Source: Nitrospirota bacterium (lineage in GTDB: Bacteria > Nitrospirota > UBA9217). From it: a stretch of 64,000 bases of DNA. The notes under the pieces were generated by a model that saw only the letters and a list, made by a program, of their open reading frames with translations, ran no database searches and was not told the DNA's origin. The translations under genes and the position numbers were made by a program. Positions 9,801 to 18,900 of the stretch are shown here, piece by piece; positions within the stretch are counted from its first letter, which is position 1; each line of letters starts with the position of its first letter. The DNA is taken from positions 1,248,001 through 1,312,000 of the forward strand of contig CAVUCU010000001.1 of the NCBI GenBank assembly GCA_963740085.1. The letters are read 5' to 3'.

Positions 9801-12800
9801 GCCGTCAGATTTTTTGATCATTCCTTCATAATGAAGGAGATCCACCGCGTCGCCATTCAAAAAGAGTTTCAGTTTCTGGCTCGGATCGTGCTTTATAGCA
9901 ATTCTCAGACTCGCAATAGCAGGGTGATAGCCATCAACAGGCCAGAGCCACTCCAACCCCGGCTCTGCCTTTTCAACCCAGGCGGCATCGTAGTCCGGCA
10001 TGGTCTTGCCGTCGCCGATAGGCGTCAGGGACTCTGATTGCGGGTTCTCTAGCCAGATCTCGCCCTCGGACAAGCCCGTAATTGAAACGGACTTCACGCC
10101 ACTCGTTTCTTTGTCGTTGCGTACATAGTCCCAAGCGGAATCCTTGCGAGTGTCGACTCTGAACTCAACACGGCGGTTCAGCGCCCGTCCCTCTGCGGTC
10201 TTATTGGTCGCAACCGGTTCGTCAGGTCCCTTCCCGACGATCATGATCTGATCCGGGGCGAGCCGGAGTGTCTCGGCAATGACCTTGGCGACCGTCCTGG
10301 CGCGGCCTCGCGACAGCACGTAATTATCCGGGAACTCCTTGCTTGCCCTTGGGCGAATACGGTTGGAATCGGTATGACCGGTAACGGTAATATGCTCGAT
10401 ATTTCTTGATTTCATTTGTTCAATGATCTTCGATATTTCTTTCTGATCGCTCGAAGACAGGTCCGCCTTCAGCGAGGCGAACTTGGGATGGAATATGGCA
10501 TCGGGTTCGCTCATCTGACGCTTTAATTTGTAGCGGACAAGGTTCGTGTCAGCCACGGGCGTCTTCGCTCCTTGTGCTGCCGGAGTGTCGAAAACCAGGA
10601 ACGACTTCGTGGGCAGGTTTCCCTCAGCGCCTTGCGCCGGCACTGTCGCAGAGAACATGAGGGAACCCTCCCACCCGGCAGGCCGATCGCCCAAACGGTA
10701 GGTCAGGACGCCGTCGCTGAGGCCAGGATCAGGGACGCTGCCGTCAGCCAGAAAGCTGCTTCCCGGTGAGTATGTTACGCCGTCCGGCATCATTACGATC
10801 AGTCGGAGGTTTCGTACGGAGACCGATCCCACATGCAGTTTGGCTGAATAGGCGATGGTGTACTGGCAGTTCGCGTCGGGGAGACTGCAATTCTCATTCA
10901 CGAACGGCACCATGGCCGTATAGTCGTTATGGTCTTTCGCGTCCGGCCTCGAAGTCCCGGTCTGGTTCGTGGCCAGGGAATTCGTCTTCACTTCGCCGAA
11001 GCAATGCTCGCCGAAGATACACGTTTGGGCTGTAGCAAGGGAAGCCTCCGGCTCCCCTGCATCAACATGGTTAATCAAATCGCTCCTGGTCGTGACCAGG
11101 GATGTCTGCAGCTCAAGGCCGACTTCGCCGGTCTGTTTCGCTTTCGGAGGACGGAGCGCCAGATGGAAATCGGCCCTCCACAAGGAACCACCTTGCAAAT
11201 CCACGAACTGCGAAAATGACCTGCCCGCGAAACGCGTGTTATCCTCGCACTGCGCGGGCTCGTATTCCTCGGGCACCGTGACGGTATCAAGCTGCACCAC
11301 ATGAGTCCCCGGGAGAACAGCCGCGAAATGATACATCCCATTCTTGTCGGTTATGACATAGGATCCGTCCTCAAGGAAGATACGGACCCCTGCAATACCG
11401 TGCCCGTCTTTACCGCAGCCTTCAAGGATCCGGCCGACAATGGTCGTCCTGCTCAGAAAGAGATCCTCGGTCACCAGGACCGTAGCCGTCGCAATGTTGG
11501 ATACCACGCCGGAGGAGCCGTTCGCCACAGCCGTGTTCAAGGCCTTTCCAAGGTTAGCGCCGGCGCCCACTTCGGCCACGTAGGTGATGTCCGCTTTTCC
11601 CGCTGCGATGAGATTGCCGACCGTAAAGGTGACGCTCCGGCCGTCCTCGGAGATGACAGGCTCGGTCGCGGGAACACTGTTCAGGCGCACTGACCCTTTC
11701 CGGTACCGGAAACCGGCCGGCAGCCGGTCAGTAATGGTCACCCCCGGCGCCGGTGCGCTCTCGTCGATGTTTTCCACCGTAAGTTGATAGGGAACAAAGT
11801 CACCAATTGCCGCCGAATCCTTGCCTGCGGATTTGATGAGATAGAGCCGGGTGCTCAACGGGTCAATGGGAATATCGATATGGATCGCCGGCCCGGCGTT
11901 CACCAGGAACTCCTCACTGCGCGAGCCGGGCTCGGCAATGGCAAAAGGGGCTCCCGGCAGGGCCTGCAAAACACGGGTCGCGACGTTCGAAGGAGACCGA
12001 AAGCCTGAGGGCGGCAGGACGTCAAGGCGATAGCGGCCCGGGCTGATAAAGGGGAACCGGTATCCGCCTGGTGACATGGAGTACGCCCTGCCACTGCTGT
12101 CCACTGCCGTGCCACCAGTGATGAGGTTGGACGGAAAAGTCGAGATGCCGTCATCACCGTATACGGTCGCGGGATTACCCGTAGCGGTGTTCACCAGGGT
12201 GACGATCGCCCCGTCGACCGGCTGACCAGTCGTGCTGTTAAACAAAACGCCATAGGGATCGACCAGCGCAGTCGTTGTGTGGGAATCCGTCGGGTCCGCC
12301 GGGTCCACGTAGAGCGCTGTAATATGCGAATCGTTCACGAGATTCAGAAGACCGTTGTTGTCAATCTTTTGATCGGAGCTGGATTGTATGACCCCCATAA
12401 AGACGCCGGTGTTGGGTCCAGTCTCGGTCAGCTTGAGCACTTCTGTGTCCCCGGTCTTGTCGTCATGAACTGTCACCACGACGGTTTCCGCGACCGCGGG
12501 ATCGTTATTCTGGTCGCCGTCAGTCAATCGGATGAAGACCGGCTCGCCGGTGTGATACTGCGTCGGCGAAATGAGCGACAGCGGCTTGGCCAGATCGAGC
12601 CTTGCGGACGATCCTGCCGGCATCGGCGCGTCAAGAGGAACAAACGGTCCGGCCAGGTTTCCGCTGGGGCTATAGGATGTTGAATGAACGACAACAGTCT
12701 GTGCGCCCAGCGCATCAGGCGCGTACTGGAGGAATTCTAAGACCGCGGTAGTCCGCTGGACCATGGACGTCACTGACGCCGCAGGAGACGTTACGGTCAC

Positions 12801-13046
12801 CGGACTTCCCGCAGGCCCGTTTGTATACGTCGCGGTTGCGACATTGGTGATGATGGTGCCGGATGGCGTGATGGACCAGCCGACGGATGAGAACAGGATG
12901 ATGAAAAGGAATGATAACAGAGAAATAACTAGAGAAGAAAAAATTGGGGCCGCTTCAGCGAACGGGCGCAACGCGACCGTGCCTTCATCCTCATGGGTGG
13001 AGGTACGGTCGATGTGCGCGTCATGTGTGCCTAAGCGGTCCCTCAT
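6861..13046 (-). CDS. Giant outer-membrane protein with DUF11 and OmpA-like domains and a predicted C-terminal beta-barrel; putative pilus anchor or usher
   Basis: Signal peptide; complete DUF11 domain (LIK...ITDRLP...LNTA); OmpA motif GHTDS...LSRGRA...NRRVEF; long C-terminal run of amphipathic beta-strands. Confidence 0.8.
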   Translation of the reverse strand: MRDRLGTHDAHIDRTSTHEDEGTVALRPFAEAAPIFSSLVISLLSFLFIILFSSVGWSITPSGTIITNVATATYTNGPAGSPVTVTSPAASVTSMVQRTTAVLEFLQYAPDALGAQTVVVHSTSYSPSGNLAGPFVPLDAPMPAGSSARLDLAKPLSLISPTQYHTGEPVFIRLTDGDQNNDPAVAETVVVTVHDDKTGDTEVLKLTETGPNTGVFMGVIQSSSDQKIDNNGLLNLVNDSHITALYVDPADPTDSHTTTALVDPYGVLFNSTTGQPVDGAIVTLVNTATGNPATVYGDDGISTFPSNLITGGTAVDSSGRAYSMSPGGYRFPFISPGRYRLDVLPPSGFRSPSNVATRVLQALPGAPFAIAEPGSRSEEFLVNAGPAIHIDIPIDPLSTRLYLIKSAGKDSAAIGDFVPYQLTVENIDESAPAPGVTITDRLPAGFRYRKGSVRLNSVPATEPVISEDGRSVTFTVGNLIAAGKADITYVAEVGAGANLGKALNTAVANGSSGVVSNIATATVLVTEDLFLSRTTIVGRILEGCGKDGHGIAGVRIFLEDGSYVITDKNGMYHFAAVLPGTHVVQLDTVTVPEEYEPAQCEDNTRFAGRSFSQFVDLQGGSLWRADFHLALRPPKAKQTGEVGLELQTSLVTTRSDLINHVDAGEPEASLATAQTCIFGEHCFGEVKTNSLATNQTGTSRPDAKDHNDYTAMVPFVNENCSLPDANCQYTIAYSAKLHVGSVSVRNLRLIVMMPDGVTYSPGSSFLADGSVPDPGLSDGVLTYRLGDRPAGWEGSLMFSATVPAQGAEGNLPTKSFLVFDTPAAQGAKTPVADTNLVRYKLKRQMSEPDAIFHPKFASLKADLSSSDQKEISKIIEQMKSRNIEHITVTGHTDSNRIRPRASKEFPDNYVLSRGRARTVAKVIAETLRLAPDQIMIVGKGPDEPVATNKTAEGRALNRRVEFRVDTRKDSAWDYVRNDKETSGVKSVSITGLSEGEIWLENPQSESLTPIGDGKTMPDYDAAWVEKAEPGLEWLWPVDGYHPAIASLRIAIKHDPSQKLKLFLNGDAVDLLHYEGMIKKSDGTVAISFWRGIHLQEGDNKFELVLSDGADFEVKRLQRTVHYSGPPAKAILLPERSKLIADGKTPIILAIQLLDKDGHPAREGVRADYFLDPPYIPKQSADKLQQSPLIALNTDRYRYLVGEDGVAMIELVPTTQTGEAIVRVQLDAERFEEIRTWLKPGDRDWVLVGLAEGTVGYDTVKGNMETFTSGGGDDKFYEEDRLAFYAKGRIKGEWLLTLAYDSKKTDSTDQPSLYQTIDPNKYYTLYGDGTLQGNDAASAKRIYIKLERDQFYALFGDFNAGLSITELSRYNRNFTGFKSEMKTKDYEYTVFLADTNQAHVRDEYSGDGTSGLYHLSRKNIVLNSETITIETRDRFKSEVILSSQRLTNNLDYTIDYDAGTIFFKMPVYSRDGNFNPIFIVAEYESFDDEDAKYNYGGRAAARFLDSRLEVGASHVHEGQVGGSGNLEGVDAKVKLGEYDLLRAEAATTKTDLAGVTSQGDAFLAELQHRSEKAEGKAYVREQQGGFGLGQQSGSETGTRKIGADLNYRINKLWTIGGEVFEQNNLSTGAVRDMAEVRSNYTAGRYTVTAGLRQADDTLSTAGTQSFGETQRSDQLFSGIRAQVTDKTAVRISRDQSIGANNNVDFPTRTTVGADYKLNEKSTFFADQEWTNGSTIDTETTRIGIRTSPWTGGQIGSSMEQQSTENGVRLFSTTGLKQSWQITKQWSVDGGLDRSQTLHNTGTYSVNTNVPPASGSSEDFTATSLGVGYRQEKWSWTARVENRDSDSERKFGLFMGANGEVREGLALALGLQTFRSNILAGEEKASSDLRLSLVHRPFDTRVIILDRLDLIQSEQHGGITTYDDNKRFVNNLVANIKTTIRTQVSLQYASKYVQERIDENDYRGYTDLVGLEGRFDVTKKWDIGLRGMRLHSLSLRQEKYGTGASVGFNAGRNLWISVGYNFNGFKDRDFSKADFTSEGPFVKMRMKFDQVSVRDAVKWFSGQ

Positions 13047-13099
13047 ACAGTTCGATCAATTTCCCCGCCCTTCATGATGACGGGGAAGGTCATGTCTCC

Positions 13100-14200
13100 T
13101 TACTGGACAACAACCTGATACTTGATTACGGCGGAATTTCCTTGCGCGACCGTCAGGCCGGAAACCGTTACTATGTTTGTAGTAAAATCAGCGCCGTCAG
13201 CATCGCCGGTGTTCGTCTTGCAAACATTGTTCACTACGATACCGGACCCTCCGGCGCAAGGGTTGGAGGGGGCAACACCATCATCGTATTGGGTCCTGAA
13301 TGCGATATTTCCTGCCGAGATCATGGCATTGAGGTTGTCAGTAATTGCTACATTCGACGCATCAGCACCACCCGCGGCGTTTGTTACTGTCACGGTGTAC
13401 GTGATCACTGCTCCGGGTATCGCTTTGGGGCTCGCAAACAAGTTTACTGGATCCCAATACACCGTGGCCGTCTTGCTCACGGTCAAGCCCGCGGCAGTAA
13501 TGGTAAAGGTGCCACTTGCGGAGTGTTTCCCGTCACGCGCCACGTCGCTGGCAGCGCTCCCTGCTGCATCTCCGAATATTGTCATTACACAGATTGAGAT
13601 TGGCAGCCGTTTGTGTCCCGAGCTGTCTCATGTGGATGCGGTCAAGGTCCCCGCGTCTACGGCTGTCGCCAGAAGGTCGTAACCCGCGATTGAACCATTT
13701 GTCGCGGTTGCCGGTATATCACCGACGATCAGTACGGTAATGCTTGCGCCTGACGCGATGTCACCGAATGTGCCGGCAGTAGCGTACAGTGTATCGCCGG
13801 CGTCCCATTTGCCGTCATTGTTGTTATCGCGATAAATATTCGGAGTGGTCAACGTCCAGGTGTTCGTCGCCTTCGATACGGGTGACAGGGCAAAGCGCAT
13901 GGCCGTATTGCTCATATTCGAGACGAGGAACTGGATCGCCTGGAAGGTTGAACTCGGTGCGCTGGTCACATCGCTTTGTTTCGTAACAGTCAAATAGATC
14001 ACTCTGTCAACCACAAAGGTGACGGTGTTCCCCGGCACCGCGGTTTGCGGTACCGTGCCGACAGTATAATTCACTGTCGCCTGATTCGAGATACTGACTC
14101 CCGCGGCCGTATTCGCCGCCTGCGCGAACTGCGGGACCGCCACGGCAATCGCCACAAACAGCAGAATTGCCGCTATCTTATACATACTTTGCTTTATCAT
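13100..14200 (-). CDS. DUF11 secreted protein, putative major pilin; interrupted by an in-frame TGA at 13628-13630, probably a sequencing artefact
   Basis: ORFs 13628-14200 and 13100-13585 share a frame and together align end to end with paralog 14902-15936; strong AGGAGG RBS. Confidence 0.75.
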
Positions 14201-14386
14201 TGTTTCCTCCTAGTTTTTAATTAATTACGTTATTTAAATTGTGTTCCCTTTTTGTTTGCAGCCTGTTTATATCTCTTTTCACCTCCTAAGAATCATTCGC
14301 ATAGTGCACCTCCGCTCTTAGGTCCTTGAAAATCAGCATTTGTTCATCCATAATCTTATCCTCCAAATAAATAATTTAGAATGCGT

Positions 14387-14890
14387 CTATTTAATCCTTG
14401 CCTTGAATGAAACACTACCTGTACCACCAGCGGGGAGTGGCTTGGTCAGGGTCCATCTAATACCGGTGTAGTCTTCCGCCCCGGCCTGGCGCACCATTCC
14501 CTTCGCGTTTTTGACCATCAGTTTCTCCGGTGCGCTGTAGGTCTTCCCGCCGTCTGTTGAAAACTCGATGCGGGTGTTGCTCCCTTCTACGCTGTTGTCG
14601 AGATAGGTCATATTCTTGTCAATAGGATTCGTGATCACGACATCGGTGGCGGGCTGCTTGCCGGTGTTGGTATAGTGCGTCGTGAAAACCACCGTGTCTC
14701 CCGGCACCGTCGCCGCCGCTTTGGCGACATCGACCCGCTTAACGACCTTCTCGCCCTTTTCATTTCTTCCCGCAACCTCTACTTCCGCAACGGACTTGAG
14801 CGCTATGGCACTTTTCTGCTGTGTCCAAGCGGCCATCGGCGCCAGCAACACCAGCGCCAAAACTACCTGTAATATTCTTTGCATTATCAT
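14387..14890 (-). CDS. Single DUF11-like domain secreted protein; putative chaperone
   Basis: Signal peptide; PGDTVVFTTHYTNTG...VVITNPI...VSFKARIK. Confidence 0.7.
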   Translation of the reverse strand: MIMQRILQVVLALVLLAPMAAWTQQKSAIALKSVAEVEVAGRNEKGEKVVKRVDVAKAAATVPGDTVVFTTHYTNTGKQPATDVVITNPIDKNMTYLDNSVEGSNTRIEFSTDGGKTYSAPEKLMVKNAKGMVRQAGAEDYTGIRWTLTKPLPAGGTGSVSFKARIK

Positions 14891-14901
14891 CTCCCCCTTT
14901 T

Positions 14902-15936
14902 TTATTTGATCTTAACTTCAAAAGTTATCGTTTGTATCGGCGACGCGCTCGTCAGATTTCCGAGCTTCACGGTCACAGTATTCGGTGTCGTCACCCCCAC
15001 GTCCCCGGCGTCGGTGTCGGCGATATCAGTAAGGGCTGCATTGTTCAGCCGGAGTGAATTGGCGATATACACCGTGTTCAACGGCAGCGGGTCGCTGATC
15101 ACCACGTTGTTCGCTGTGCCTCCCCCCGATGTGGCCGCAACAATCGCGTACCGGAGCGTCGCCCCCGGGAGGGGCAGGCCTCCGCCCCATTGGTCAAGTA
15201 TTGTAACGGTCTTGCTTAGGCTCACGTTCAATGCGGCAACGGATATTATGTTGAAAGCGCCGCTCGCCGAGTGCTTTCCGTCCCGCGCTCCGTCGCCGGC
15301 AACGCTTCCCGCGATGTCCAGGAACACCGTGTCGATACCCGATGTATTGGGCCCCGCGGTCTGCGTGGAAACATTCAAGGTTCCGGCATCGACCGCTGTC
15401 GCCACCAGGTCATATAGCGCTGATTGGCCGATCGTCAGACCCGCGGGCGCGTCCGCGACGATCAATACCGTGACCGATGAGTTTGATACAAGGTCCCCGA
15501 ACGTGCTTGCGTCGCTGTACAGGGTGTCTCCCGCGTCCCAGGTGCCGCTGTTGTTATTGTCTCGAAAGATTCGGACATTGTTCATGGTCCATGTGTTCGT
15601 GGCCTTCGATACGGCCGAGAAAGCGAAGCGCAGGGTCGTATTGCTCGTATTGGAGACGAGAAACGACAGGGCTACGTTGCTGGAGGTCGGCGCGGTATTC
15701 ACATCCGAGTTCTTGGTCACAACCATGTTGATCGCCCGGTCTACCATGAAGGAATTCCCGGCCGTCGCAGTATGGTTCACGCCGCCGCTGAAAAAACTGA
15801 CTGAGACGGTGTTTGTGATGACCATCCCGGCAGGTGTGCCCGCAGCCCGGGCATTACCCGCTGCAAAAAAGAACCCGGCAAGGAATACGATGATTCCCCA
15901 GCATGCCGCGTAATATATTTTTTTTCTGTTTTGCAT
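14902..15936 (-). CDS. DUF11 secreted protein; putative minor or adaptor pilin
   Basis: Signal peptide; mature N-terminus AGTPAGMVITNTV; C-terminal LSK...PGATLRY...ISDPLP. Confidence 0.75.
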   Translation of the reverse strand: MQNRKKIYYAACWGIIVFLAGFFFAAGNARAAGTPAGMVITNTVSVSFFSGGVNHTATAGNSFMVDRAINMVVTKNSDVNTAPTSSNVALSFLVSNTSNTTLRFAFSAVSKATNTWTMNNVRIFRDNNNSGTWDAGDTLYSDASTFGDLVSNSSVTVLIVADAPAGLTIGQSALYDLVATAVDAGTLNVSTQTAGPNTSGIDTVFLDIAGSVAGDGARDGKHSASGAFNIISVAALNVSLSKTVTILDQWGGGLPLPGATLRYAIVAATSGGGTANNVVISDPLPLNTVYIANSLRLNNAALTDIADTDAGDVGVTTPNTVTVKLGNLTSASPIQTITFEVKIK

Positions 15937-15990
15937 AGTCGTATTCGTTCAGCCTTGTCCTTCACCGGCCGGGACAATGCCTTCAGTGAC

Positions 15991-18900
15991 TTAGTTGATC
16001 GATACCTTAAACTTCACGGTAAAGCTTGCGCCGCCTCCGTTCAGCGTCCCGCTGGGTTTAATGCGCACCCCTTTTACGAGAGGATCGTAACCGATGGTCG
16101 TAGGGGGATAGACGTACGGCGGACCGCCGCCGGGTTGGTATGAATAGGAAACCGCGTTCGCATAGGTCCACGGCGTCGTCAGGCCGCAGCCACTGCACGA
16201 GAAGGTCACGGCGCTGCCGGCGGTATCAACGTACATGGTCATATTGGCAGGGATAACATCCGTGATGGCGATCGAGTCCGCGTCCGCCACGCCGCTGCCG
16301 TTGTTGATCACCTGTATGGTATATTGGACCTCCGCGCCGGGAATCGCCTTTGCGGACGCCGATACGCCGTTGATGGGATCAGAAATGACCGAAGACGATT
16401 TCACAACCATAAGAGACGGCAAAAGCGATACGTTGAACGTACCGACGCCTGTGTGAGAAACCGTGCCTTCGGTACCCTCCGGAGCCGTTACGGAAACGGT
16501 CCAGTTTCCGGAAGGCGCAGGCGCCGTGAGCGGGAAAGCGTATTCGAACGTTTTGGTCGCGACACCCGAGTCCGCGACCTGGGGCATGGCCACAGCGTTG
16601 ATAACGGTCACGTTGCCCGGGTCCTTGACGGTGATCATCGGCTGCGTCGTCGCGTTGTTGCTCGCGTTGATATCGAAGCTCCCGAAGGGGTCGCTCACGA
16701 CTGCCCGCAGGTAGACAGTGCCGGTGGTAAATGATGCGGGTATGGTCACTAAGGGATAGGCCGTGCTGTATGCAGTGACGCTGTTCACATTTATGACGGT
16801 CGCCGAAGGCAGATCGACATACGATCGGTTCCCGCCGTTTATCGGATACACCGTCAGGGCGCGACTGATGCCGGTGTTCGTAATGGTGAGGGTCCATTTG
16901 TTCCCCTGAGCGCAGGTCTGTGGCGGCGAGTAGGGCAAGTTGAACGTCTGAAGGTACACCGTACCTCCGGCGGCAAAGGCAATACTCTTCGTCTGAGTAA
17001 GGCTGATTGCTCCACAGGTGAGATTAACCCTTACGTTTCCGGTCCTGCCGTTTGTACAAGACATATAGAGGTTTACCGGAACATTATTTGAATTTGGATC
17101 GAGGGTCATGGGTAACTGCATAGCAACATCTTGTGCCCATATCTGAGATGAAGTTGCAGCGCCAATCGTGATAGTGCTGTTATTACCCGAGATGGATCGT
17201 GATATCGGCCCGGGCGCTCCTCCGCCTGCTCCATAGAGGTATAGCTGCTTGAGGCCGGTGACGGGGACCTGCGACTGGGAGACGGTGATCGCAGGCGCCG
17301 CTGGTGTGGCACCCGTCCCCGCGGGGTTCGTGATAGTGGCGGTGTTGTTGATAAGGGTACCAATTGCGGCCCCCCCTGCGATCGTCGTGGATACGACGAT
17401 TGCGGCGGTCCCGTTGGCAGGAACCAAGATGTTGGACGCCGTAAGCACTTGCCCCACGATAGTACATGTCGCACCCGCAGGACAACTTATGACCGAAAGA
17501 TTTGTCAGTGTCGCCTGGAACGTGTCCGTCACCGAGACACCGGAGACTGCTGCACCGCCGGTCTCGTTCAGCGTGATCGTATACGGTATAACGTCGCCCG
17601 GATTCTGGTCCCCACCGTTCGTATCCGTCCAAGTCTTTGTTGAGGTGGAGAGATTGGAGTTAACCGGAATGTTCACGGTAACGCTATCATTGTTGGAGTT
17701 GTAGTCCGTGATGGAACCCGGGATGACGAGGCTTGCGGTGTTGCTGAGCAGGCTGGGCGCCGGTGCGCTTACCGTACCCGTTATCGTATAGGTCACATAC
17801 CCGTACCGGGGAAGGTTGGCGGTGGTGTTGATGTTGTTCCCGCTCCCTGAGGCAGCGCCGCAGGTTGCACCTCCTGATCCCGCGCAGGTCCAGGCAACGC
17901 CGGTTATGGCCGCCGGCACGGTGTCTTGGATCCCGACTCCGGTCGCTGTCACGTTGTTGGGACCGGTATTACTTGCGATAACGGTATATCGGACAGTGTC
18001 CCCCGCTGACGCGGTCGTCGTCGAACCGCTCGTCACGTCCAAGAATGTCTTGGTGATGGCGAGGTCGATTGCGGTTGTCGTGTTCTGGTTGCTCACCAGG
18101 AGGTTGCGGATCTCATGGTAGTTCGTGGAGCCGCCGGTGCTGGCGGCGTAGCCGATCATGAGCTTCTGGGCTGTCGAGATCGCGGGGAGCGCCTGGTTCG
18201 TGATCATCTGCGTATAGACAAGCGGGGAGCCGTAGCCGAACGCAACCCAGACATTAGCGACCGGGTTTGGCGCCGGGCTGATCTGTATACGCACCTTGCG
18301 GTAGCTCACACCGGTCTGGGAAGGCCTGGGTGATCCGTTGTACCACAGTGAGCCGTTGTTGGCAGAGGTGGCTATCCAGGGATAAGAATTTGTGTTCGAC
18401 GTTTGTCCGATGGCGCCCCCGCCGAAACCGACGACGGAGCCGCGAATTGTCACGGTGTTGGGTCGTTGTGAAGTGCCATTGTAGCGTCCTTCACAGCCAT
18501 AGGCAAAGTTACCGAATTCATCGACGCCGATTCCCACATAGCCGCCGCTGATTCCCGGAACACTCGGGTTAACCGGACTGCACGCAGCAGTAGACAGTTT
18601 CTGTGCATAACCCAGGGAGCCGCCGAAGGCGCCTATGTTGAAGGGACTTGCCCCACCATCGAACAGGTAGACGCTATAGCCGTCTGCGCCGTTCCCGCCC
18701 CAAGTGGCGTAATCAAACTCGATCAGGAGCCCGGCGCTCAGGTCAAACGTGGTGGTGTTATAGGCAAAACCGGTCTGGTTACCTGTGGCGTTGGTCAGGC
18801 GCAGCCATCCCTGTCCTGCCGGATCAATGGCGCCATTTCCGGTCAGAACAGCGGAGCTGGGATTTCCGCCCAAGATCCAGCCCGTACTGTTCGTGTCGGT

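Noticed and set aside
13628-13630. Selenocysteine read-through of the pilin TGA
   Set aside because: The paralog has Gln, not Cys, at this position, and the following codons are better explained by three inserted bases.
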